In this document: positions 9,501-16,628 of the stretch, piece after piece | Layout of the letters: every line of letters begins with the position of its first letter | How positions within the stretch are numbered: the stretch's first letter is position 1 | Origin: an uncultured Bacteroidales bacterium | Lineage (GTDB): Bacteria > Bacteroidota > Bacteroidia > Bacteroidales > UBA4417 | NCBI GenBank assembly: GCA_903887815.1 | Contig: CAISRK010000188.1 | Coordinates: forward strand, 1 to 50,898 | Direction: 5' to 3' | DNA length: 50,898 bases | Position numbers and translations under genes: made by a program | Notes under the pieces: generated by a model | The model's database searches: none | What the model saw: the letters and a program-made list of their open reading frames with translations, nothing else | Told to the model about the DNA's origin: nothing

Positions 9501-9813
9501 TAAAACGGGCCTCAAGTCCTGCCTTCCGGGTTACCAACCTGATAATTCCCTCTGCATTTAATTGCCGCGCTGCAACTGTTATGAGCCTGCTGCTTTTAAT
9601 TTCAGTATCACTATAGGCAAATTCATAACCAGTTAAAGTCGCAACATCACTAAGAATTTGCTTCAGGGGTTGTGATTCGTATTGAATATTGAACTTTTCC
9701 TGGCTCTGGGCAACCAATCCTAGCGAAGAGATGCTACAAAGCATAAACAGCATTACGGTTTCCCATTTAAAGAACAGGAAAATCCTTACACATTTGTTTT
9801 GCAGGAAAGCCAT
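6571..9813 (-). CDS. SusC/RagA TonB-dependent transporter with N-terminal STN signalling domain
   Basis: 1080 aa. STN-like segment FNIQYESQPLKQILSDVATLTGYEFAYSD, carboxypeptidase-regulatory-like ITGLVSDANSSFPLPGASISL, plug region (NKPLYVIDGVPV), long beta-barrel with C-terminal aromatic residue. Confidence 0.85.
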   Translation of the reverse strand: MAFLQNKCVRIFLFFKWETVMLFMLCSISSLGLVAQSQEKFNIQYESQPLKQILSDVATLTGYEFAYSDTEIKSSRLITVAARQLNAEGIIRLVTRKAGLEARFNGKTVILKLLVKGESTHLITGLVSDANSSFPLPGASISLISTAYGTISDTSGRFKLEVPSSPGSRLRISCIGYSSWDVMAIGDTVLDIKLMPMVQVLSQTVVVAFGKEPEDLISGSVAHRELDVTDQLYTSSLNAMLQSEIAGLLIQSNGGTPGSSLNVSLRGISSITAGNKPLYVIDGVPVITGDFSQLDFSGQAIDAINDISVNDIESVSVLKDAAASSLFGSNASNGVILINTKRGLPNQNRIEFYTQYGFQQTTGKLDMLNANQWMKLMNEQAAAGGKPPVYSEDEIRNNSIDTDWQNEIFRKAPTFDLGLSVRGGTQKSRYYISGNYFNQEGIILGSDFRRYNIRMNYDYRINDLLSIEAGNSFAYSVNNRVEGDQTLNGPLPNAISMPPVYPVSNSDGTYNNDGPYANPVSIAMLEKNLAYTYRNTFNFKVNYEIFKNFILRSLTGLDYYNLREETFAPKSTRQGAKYNGLGIEATSNALRFYQTMYADYSIKRFLQQLDITAGFSLESNKEHDIFLRAQNFAGTSFEFLQDAATPIATQSYETNSAANSLFTRIKYSYDQRYIFTLNMRYDGSSKFGENNRYGFFPSFSGLWYVSKESFFENRAFTKLILSGSYGKTGNDQIGNFTSQNLFSAGSNYGGEGGISPTQLANPDLKWESTTQLNLGAQFELFSRVNVRTDYYYKKTKDLLLQKPMPTSSGYAYMMSNIGKLQNQGIEALFTASVIKGTFSWDANLNFTANMNKVLELYQDQPIQNIGRAGSSITVGEPVSYFYGFNVLGVDPDDGNLIYEDLNLDGKITDLDRKKIGSPHPDFFGGIGSTLTYKGFCLNFMFAFSSGNEIFNSTRIYTETISQSNQTTAILRRWQHPGDITDVPKASVYNQLTSSRFVEDGSFLRLKTIRLSNELPLSLIRKAGFKRMELFIAGKNMLTFTRYSGIDPEVNYNGLNTIALGTDFFTCPQPKSLLIGLCARF

Positions 9814-9899
9814 TTGAATCTTTTCACCTTATTTTGAGGTTAAAGATAATGGAAAAAGTATTGCGTTTGTTGCTGAAAATATCAAGATGGCAAAATCAG

Positions 9900-10880
9900 C
9901 TATTTTCGTAAACTTAAGACAATGGTGTCGTCAGATTGGGTAGCCTTGACAGGAGCCATTGAGCTGATCATTGATAAGGTTTCTTTCAGCGTTTCGTCGC
10001 TCAGGGAAAAAGTAAAATTATAAGCTGTCACATCCTGATCAACAAGGAACTTAAGCCCATACCGTTTGCCAAGTTCATTTGCGATATCTTTGAGCGGCCT
10101 GTTATCAAACGAAAGTTTAGGCTCTTTCCAGAGCGAAAGTTCCCTGGCGTGTACAATATTGACCTGGAAACTACCTGACGCCTTGTTGAAAATAAATTTT
10201 TCGTCGGGTTTCAATTGTTTGATTAACTGCCCTTTACTGTCATTTATTTTAACAACGCCTTCTACGAGCATTGTCTCAATATCAGAAGTGCCTGGATAAT
10301 TGGAAACACTGAACGAAGTACCTGTTACCTCAACTGAGAGCATGCCGGTATTAACCTGGAACGGGGTGTTATTTTTCAGTACTTTATAAAAAGCAAGTCC
10401 TTCCATTTCAACGACCCGTTTTCCAGTGAAATTTTCAGGAAAACTCACATTGCTGTTTTCGCCGAGCCATAAAAGCGAACCGTCAGGCAGCGTAAAGGAT
10501 TTCACTTCTCCTGATGATGTGGTAAACTGAAGTTGTTTAACAACAGTATCTTTTTGAAAAATGAAATACAGAGCCGCTGCAATACCTGCCAGTATTGTAA
10601 TACCAGCTACTAACCGGTATACCGGGAACATCCTGATTTTTGGTACTGAATAGGCTTTTTCTTCAATCCGGCTGAAAATGGCATCGAAATCGGGTGCTTT
10701 CGATTGTCTCTTGATTTCTTCGGGATGGTTCCACTGATCTTCCATCATGCTGTTAACCTCTTCCGAATTAAACAATTCCTTTTCATCGCGCCTGCTATAT
10801 AAGCCTGCGTAGAAGCGTTTAAAAATTTCTTTATTCCTAATCTGTTTCATTCTGTATTTTGATTCCTGGTTATTATACAC
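9900..10880 (-). CDS. FecR-family anti-sigma factor
   Basis: 326 aa with one central TM helix (RLVAGITILAGIAAALYFIF) and a C-terminal FecR-like periplasmic domain. It sits between an ECF sigma gene and an STN-SusC gene. The ORF-track start at 10880 is GTG; an in-frame ATG (MKQIRNK) at 10850 is equally plausible. Confidence 0.8.
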   Translation of the reverse strand: MYNNQESKYRMKQIRNKEIFKRFYAGLYSRRDEKELFNSEEVNSMMEDQWNHPEEIKRQSKAPDFDAIFSRIEEKAYSVPKIRMFPVYRLVAGITILAGIAAALYFIFQKDTVVKQLQFTTSSGEVKSFTLPDGSLLWLGENSNVSFPENFTGKRVVEMEGLAFYKVLKNNTPFQVNTGMLSVEVTGTSFSVSNYPGTSDIETMLVEGVVKINDSKGQLIKQLKPDEKFIFNKASGSFQVNIVHARELSLWKEPKLSFDNRPLKDIANELGKRYGLKFLVDQDVTAYNFTFSLSDETLKETLSMISSMAPVKATQSDDTIVLSLRK

Positions 10881-10906
10881 TTAATGTAGTAAATACACTT
10901 AAGTGA

Positions 10907-11485
10907 TTATGTTGATATTTTTTTTAGTGCTTTTCGCAGGGTTTGAAGAGCCAGGCTTTTATGTACTTCGATGGTTCTGACCGAAAGGTTGAGTAATGAC
11001 GCAAGTTCTTTGTTTGAAAAACCTTCAAAATTGCTCATTACAAAAACTTTCCTGCGTTGAGCAGGCAATTCGGCAATGATTTTATCTATACCCGCTTTGA
11101 GGTCGGCAAAAATCAATTCGTTTTCGAGATTTGGAATCTGCACCATATGATCGACGATATAATTCCGGTAAGCTTTTTCGTTGATTTTTTTGCGCTGGAT
11201 ATTGAAAAGATGGTTCTTGGCTATGGTATAAATGTAGTTGTTGAGCGAATGTTCTTCTTTCACCCCATTACGCTCATCCCATAATTTAATAAACACATCC
11301 TGCACGACATTTTCGGCATCTTCGGCAGAGTTGTAGTACCTAATGGCAAAATAGTATATCTTTTCCCTGTATTTCCGGAAAATTTCCTCAAATGCCTTTT
11401 TATCTCCAACCTTCAACCTGCTTACAAGTTGCCTGTCATCATTGTCATCAAGCATAAACTGTTCCCGGTTTTTCTTATCCGGCAA
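10907..11485 (-). CDS. ECF-type RNA polymerase sigma-70 factor
   Basis: Region 2 (AEDAENVVQDVFIKLWD) and region 4 HTH (FSNKELASLLNLSVRTIEVHKSLAL). The codon at 11485 is TTG; an in-frame ATG (MLDDNDD) lies at 11455. Confidence 0.85.
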   Translation of the reverse strand: MPDKKNREQFMLDDNDDRQLVSRLKVGDKKAFEEIFRKYREKIYYFAIRYYNSAEDAENVVQDVFIKLWDERNGVKEEHSLNNYIYTIAKNHLFNIQRKKINEKAYRNYIVDHMVQIPNLENELIFADLKAGIDKIIAELPAQRRKVFVMSNFEGFSNKELASLLNLSVRTIEVHKSLALQTLRKALKKIST

Positions 11486-11580
11486 AGTTAATGTTTATGT
11501 CGATACTATTCGGCAAACAGAAACTACGCACAGAATATTTATAGCATTATTAAACCAGACTTGAAGATAAGCATTACCAC

Positions 11581-12888
11581 CTATTTATCTATCTTGATGA
11601 ACCTGGCATTAAAAATCTGGTTGCCCGATTTAATTACTAAAAAATAGTACCCTTGCTTTAATCCAGAAACATTAATCTGCGGTGTGCTGTTGGTTTCGTT
11701 TTGCAGAATGAGTTTTGAATAAATATCGTAAATTTCGATAGAGTAATTCTTTGTGTAAGTAAAATTCAATATATCTGTAACAGGATTTGGGAATAATGAA
11801 ATAATACAAACATTTTTATTTCGTTCAGCTAATGAAGTAATTGGGTTGCAATCGGGTGCGGCTGAAGGGGTGATTGTTTGCAATACTCCATTTACAACAT
11901 ACCAATCCTGCCACGAACCTCCGACCCCGGTTTTCCAGTTGGCAAGATTAAAAGAATTGGCTCCATTAGCTATTCCCGGTACCTGATATACTTTTACAGC
12001 CTGAGCATTGCGGTTCCATGTGAGTGGTTGTGATGCCTGGCAAGTCTCCGGCTTATTAGGCATTGTACAGTTTGCCTGAAGAAAATAGGCAAAATCCTGG
12101 TAGGACGGATAGCTTCCATAAACATATGCCATACCATTTGTATCAATACACACAGCAACATATTCGTTGCAGGCTATACCAAAAACGACAGGTTCATTAT
12201 AATCCTGCATGATGCGGGCCAAAAAAGTTACATGCCTGCCTTTCCTGTCGGGGTTATTATAATGTGTATCGGTAATTACATTATCCAGCCAGGGATTTAA
12301 AATAAAATCGTCCTTGAGCAAGGTAACATTTGTATTGTAAGGGTTAGCAAGAGCTGCAGCCGATGTCACTGATGCGTATTGCGCCGTATATGCAATATGA
12401 CCCATGACGGCCATCCCCGCTGAAGTTCCGCCAACAGGTACTTTTTTCTCGTTGATTAAATAATTGATTGCCGAAGCAATTGGTGTGTTTTTCCAATACG
12501 AAACATAATCCCACTGGTTTCCACCTGCAATCCATAACGCTTCAGCATTTCTTATTTGCCGGATAACATATGGGTCGGTCGATGCAGAGGCATTATTGAA
12601 CACTATTGATTGAACTGAATTTACTGATACGCCTAATAGCGAATACAAATAAGTATTGTATCCGTTGCTTCCGCTTGCACGCAACACAACAATATCTCCA
12701 CCTCCGCTATGCTGTAAAAACCATTTCATCGCATTGTCGTTTTCGGTGGCTCCACCCATTAAGACTGTAACTCCTGATGCAGGGGTTGTAACATCGGAAG
12801 TGTCGCCAGTAAAATAGCTTGTATAGTTTTGGGCGGATGCAGTGAAAAATAAGAAGAAAACGGCAGTTGATAATTTCAGCTTTTTCAT
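11581..12888 (-). CDS. Secreted peptidase S51 (cyanophycinase-like) with T9SS C-terminal sorting domain
   Basis: 435 aa with a signal peptide. S51 layout: VLMGGATEND..., IAGGNQWDY, nucleophile motif GGTSAGMAVMG, His region ITDTHYNNPDRKGRHVTFLARI. T9SS CTD LFPNPVTDILNF...GYYFLVIKSG. Confidence 0.75.
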   Translation of the reverse strand: MKKLKLSTAVFFLFFTASAQNYTSYFTGDTSDVTTPASGVTVLMGGATENDNAMKWFLQHSGGGDIVVLRASGSNGYNTYLYSLLGVSVNSVQSIVFNNASASTDPYVIRQIRNAEALWIAGGNQWDYVSYWKNTPIASAINYLINEKKVPVGGTSAGMAVMGHIAYTAQYASVTSAAALANPYNTNVTLLKDDFILNPWLDNVITDTHYNNPDRKGRHVTFLARIMQDYNEPVVFGIACNEYVAVCIDTNGMAYVYGSYPSYQDFAYFLQANCTMPNKPETCQASQPLTWNRNAQAVKVYQVPGIANGANSFNLANWKTGVGGSWQDWYVVNGVLQTITPSAAPDCNPITSLAERNKNVCIISLFPNPVTDILNFTYTKNYSIEIYDIYSKLILQNETNSTPQINVSGLKQGYYFLVIKSGNQIFNARFIKIDK

Positions 12889-12911
12889 ATTTGGATTCCT
12901 TTTATTGTTTG

Positions 12912-12919
12912 CAAAAATA
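12912..12919 (-). promoter_or_regulatory. Candidate Bacteroidota -7 promoter box (TAnnTTTG) for the S51 gene
   Basis: The minus strand reads TATTTTTG about 24 nt upstream of the ATG at 12888. Confidence 0.3.
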
Positions 12920-12956
12920 TTTAAGTCAACTACTGATCAGAAACAAAACATGCATT

Positions 12957-14348
12957 TTATACTGTTTTGAAAAAGTACAGTGAGATAATCAGGAGTATCA
13001 TTGCAGTTATAAAAAATATCAGCAGAAGTTTAACAAACCATTTCAACCAAATCTGATATGGAATATTTGCAATTGCCAGCACGCCCATTGTAACACCGCT
13101 CGTGGGGACGATCATACTCATAATGCCATCACCCAGTTGAAAAGCAAGGATGGCCGTCTGCCTCCCGATTCCCAATAAATCACTCAGGGGCGCAACGATT
13201 GGAACCGTTAAAGCTGCCTGGCCGGAGCCGGAAGGAACAAAAAATGTAAAACAGCTCTGAAAAAGGAAAATAAACTGTATGGATACTTCGGCAGGTAAAT
13301 CCTTGCCCCAGGTTGAAACGGCATACAGAATACTGTCAATGATTTTTCCATCTGTTGCAATAACCAGTAATCCCCGTGACAACCCTATGATAAGCCCTGC
13401 AGTAACCATATCTTTTGCCCCGCTTATAAACGAATCGATGGTTTCTTTCCCCGGGAGGCGGTAAATTATTGCCGAAACTATTCCCAGTGCCAAGAATAAA
13501 GCTGAAATCTCATTGATATACCATTTCCATTTATTTGCACCTACTACTAAAATAATGAGAGAGATAAAAAGAAAAGCCAGTATCAGTTTTCGTTTCCAGG
13601 TAAATTTCATCTGGTCGGCGTTGCTTAAATCCTGCAGGTTGCGGGTTTTATCGAGTTCATAAACTGGACTCAGGGCCGGGTTCCTTTCCAGCTTACGAGC
13701 ATAAAACATCACATAGGCAATTGCAATTGAAGTCATAATGACCCAGACAATAATCCTGAAATCCCAGCCACTGAACATCGGTAGCTCGGCAATACCCTGG
13801 GCAACTCCAATATTAAAAGGATTGGTTATGGCAGCGGCAAACCCCACGCCTGCAGCCATATACGACATACATATACCTGTTATCGAATCATAACCCAGTG
13901 CAATTGCCAGGGGTATGGTGATCATCACAAACACGATCACCGATTCGCTCATTCCAAATGTTGCCCCGGCCAGCGAAAACAGGATCATTATCAGCGGAAT
14001 AACCAGTTTCTTGTATTTAGGTTTCCGTATGCTCAGGTTTAATACACTCGATAAGCCGGAACTGATGGCCCCTGTTTTATTGATCATCCCGAAAGCGCCG
14101 CCTACGAGCAGGCAAAACCCTATGATCTGGGCAGCCGAAACAAAGCCTTTGATCGGGGCGGTCAGCATGGCCCAGAGGCCCTGCGGCTGGTTCGGGATTT
14201 CTTTGAACGTGCCCGGTACAACTACCATACGCCCGTTGAATTCCGCCCTCTGGTACTCGCCGGCCTGTATTATCCAGGTGAGAATGACAAAAACAACCAT
14301 GATAAACATGATGATCGTGATGGTGTGCGGAAAGCCTTTTATTTTCAT
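12957..14348 (-). CDS. YfcC / DcuC-type (C4-dicarboxylate anaerobic carrier superfamily) integral membrane transporter
   Basis: 463 aa, highly hydrophobic with more than 10 predicted TM segments. The N-terminal pattern MKIKGFPHTITIIMFIMVV...EYQR and overall length match YfcC-family proteins as I recall them. Confidence 0.7.
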   Translation of the reverse strand: MKIKGFPHTITIIMFIMVVFVILTWIIQAGEYQRAEFNGRMVVVPGTFKEIPNQPQGLWAMLTAPIKGFVSAAQIIGFCLLVGGAFGMINKTGAISSGLSSVLNLSIRKPKYKKLVIPLIMILFSLAGATFGMSESVIVFVMITIPLAIALGYDSITGICMSYMAAGVGFAAAITNPFNIGVAQGIAELPMFSGWDFRIIVWVIMTSIAIAYVMFYARKLERNPALSPVYELDKTRNLQDLSNADQMKFTWKRKLILAFLFISLIILVVGANKWKWYINEISALFLALGIVSAIIYRLPGKETIDSFISGAKDMVTAGLIIGLSRGLLVIATDGKIIDSILYAVSTWGKDLPAEVSIQFIFLFQSCFTFFVPSGSGQAALTVPIVAPLSDLLGIGRQTAILAFQLGDGIMSMIVPTSGVTMGVLAIANIPYQIWLKWFVKLLLIFFITAMILLIISLYFFKTV

Positions 14349-14389
14349 GAGTATACTTTTATTCTGTTGACAATAAGTGGCCTAAATGG

Positions 14390-16372
14390 CTACCTGATAA
14401 CACATAATTTTGACGTACAGAACCTGTTCGACTTTAAATCACGGATATTTACAAGGTAAAGACCTTCGGTGCATAATGAAAGTGAAACCTCGGTATTGTC
14501 AGCAAACATTTTTGAAGAAATAATCCTGCCTGACATATCAGCCACCTCAACCGAATAGTTGCTTCCGCTTCCCTGGATATGAAATAAATCTTTAGCCGGG
14601 TTTGGATAAATGTTCATCTTCAATCTATCATAATTGTTTACCGATACTGTGACATTCCTGCCAACAGTAATGGTATCCGTAACACCCAGAAACTTCAGGC
14701 TCATCGATCCGAACCCTGCAATATTGCGCGATGCGGGGTATGGCCCCTGGCTGGCTAAACCGGAAACCGTGCCATCATTCTGTAAAAAAATAAGGGGTGA
14801 ACTCCCCGAAATATTCTTAAAGTACGATTTTCTGTCGTTTGTAATTCCATAGGCAGCATAGGTATTAGCGGTAATATATATGCCATATTTTAACGAATCG
14901 GATATCATGGCATAAGGCAACCCGGTAACGGTATTTTCATAGGTATCGGTGCTGATGAATGCATTGGGCATAATAGCTGTCGTTTTCAGCAAACCAAGCC
15001 CGGGCAGAAACTCAAGTGTTCCATGGTAGGAAGTATATCCGTAGCCGGTATATTTATCTATAACGGTCTTTCCTGCAAACCTCGCATTATCTCCTGCAAA
15101 GAATGAAATCATTCCAGTTTGCCTTAGTCTAATGTTTAAAAAACTTCCATTACCGGGCCCATTTATAAAATTCATAAAGGTTGTGTAGTCATTTGCAATT
15201 ACAAAGAATTTCTTAGCTTTATCAATACTTTCATGTACGGTAACATCGTTTTGATAGGCAGGTATTGCCTGAATAATATAAACGTCAGTTGCCCCTTTGG
15301 CTTGCAGAACAGATTTTGCATCATTTGCCCTTGTAGCGTCAGTTCCGGTAACAATTACAATTGCATCACTCTTTGCTCCGGTCAGGTTAACAAAATGTGT
15401 ATATGCATCATCCGACGGGTAGTCGGTTCCACTAAAGTACAACGATAATCTTGCATTTTCCTCAATAACCTTAGGTTGTATTAAATCATTTAAACCTCCG
15501 ATTACTCCGGTATTTAAATTTATGGTGCATCCATGGATTAATTGCGTGAATTCCATGTTATTAGACCTTAACATACTAACTGTGGTATCATAGGGGTGTA
15601 TGGCATTTTTATTATAGTAAAATCCTACTGCACCTGTTCCATATACCGTTGCATTTCCTAAGGAATCGATGCAGAGTGCGGTATGATCATCCACCCCGAT
15701 TCCCATAGCAATTTCCCTTGTTTTTTTATACCAGGAAGCAAGGAAAGAAGATAATCTCCCGAATCGGCCTCTCTCGGCAAAATGCGTGTCGTAAATATAT
15801 TTTCCGGGTAAAGTTTCCAGGAAATCATTTTCCAGGGTTATTTGCGGGGAATATGCATTCTGCAAAGCAGCAGCCGGATCAACTGAAGTTACTACTGCAG
15901 TGTATACTATTGGCGAAAGAATAGCTGTTCCGGCTGAGGTTCCGGAGAGTACACCTCCATGATTATAAATGTATTGAAGCGCTTCCTGTGTTTTGGTCCC
16001 CTGGTAATAGGTGTAATATTTCCCCTGATCACCGCCTTTGATAAAAACCCCGTCGTAAGTTATTAAAGAGTCATACAACGACTGTTGCTGAGCACTCGTT
16101 CGATTGGGAATAATAAAGTTTTTTGCAGTTATTGCGCCAAAACTTCTGAAGTAATTTGGAATCCATTCGGTTGCAGAAGCATCATAAGAAACAACAGCAA
16201 TCCTTTTATTATGCGCATGCTGAACAACCCAGCTATAAGGTGCATCGCTCCAGCCGCCGGCACTTTCGGCTGCACCACCTGCAAGCATTATAAATCCCTG
16301 GGCAAATGAACCTAACCCGGAAATTGTTATTACAATTACCCCAAAGAAGTATTTAAAAAAATGATTTTTCAT
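14390..16372 (-). CDS. Secreted tandem peptidase S51 (cyanophycinase-like) protein with T9SS C-terminal sorting domain
   Basis: 660 aa. Domain 1 has IMLAGGAAES, IKGGDQGKY, GVLSGTSAGTAILS and YIYDTHFAERGRFGRLSSFLA. Domain 2 (aa ~305-545) repeats the layout without the catalytic Ser/His. T9SS CTD MNIYPNPAKDLFHIQG...GLYLVNI. Confidence 0.75.
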   Translation of the reverse strand: MKNHFFKYFFGVIVITISGLGSFAQGFIMLAGGAAESAGGWSDAPYSWVVQHAHNKRIAVVSYDASATEWIPNYFRSFGAITAKNFIIPNRTSAQQQSLYDSLITYDGVFIKGGDQGKYYTYYQGTKTQEALQYIYNHGGVLSGTSAGTAILSPIVYTAVVTSVDPAAALQNAYSPQITLENDFLETLPGKYIYDTHFAERGRFGRLSSFLASWYKKTREIAMGIGVDDHTALCIDSLGNATVYGTGAVGFYYNKNAIHPYDTTVSMLRSNNMEFTQLIHGCTINLNTGVIGGLNDLIQPKVIEENARLSLYFSGTDYPSDDAYTHFVNLTGAKSDAIVIVTGTDATRANDAKSVLQAKGATDVYIIQAIPAYQNDVTVHESIDKAKKFFVIANDYTTFMNFINGPGNGSFLNIRLRQTGMISFFAGDNARFAGKTVIDKYTGYGYTSYHGTLEFLPGLGLLKTTAIMPNAFISTDTYENTVTGLPYAMISDSLKYGIYITANTYAAYGITNDRKSYFKNISGSSPLIFLQNDGTVSGLASQGPYPASRNIAGFGSMSLKFLGVTDTITVGRNVTVSVNNYDRLKMNIYPNPAKDLFHIQGSGSNYSVEVADMSGRIISSKMFADNTEVSLSLCTEGLYLVNIRDLKSNRFCTSKLCVIR

Positions 16373-16628
16373 ACAATTGCTTTCTGGTGTTTTTAAATAC
16401 TGGAAATAAGTTATATTCCTGGTTAAAAAACAACTCCTTGACTAAATGAATATGTTTCCCTTTAAAAAAAAGGCTGTTCTATAACTTCCTGCAGTTCTTT
16501 TAAATTGATATTCTTTAAATGCATTCTAATCTGGTTATGCATTTTCAGGATAAAAACCAACGGAACACTATTACCAGGAGTTTTTCGAACAGCCTCTCGA
16601 TACAACAATCACTAATCAACCACATCCA

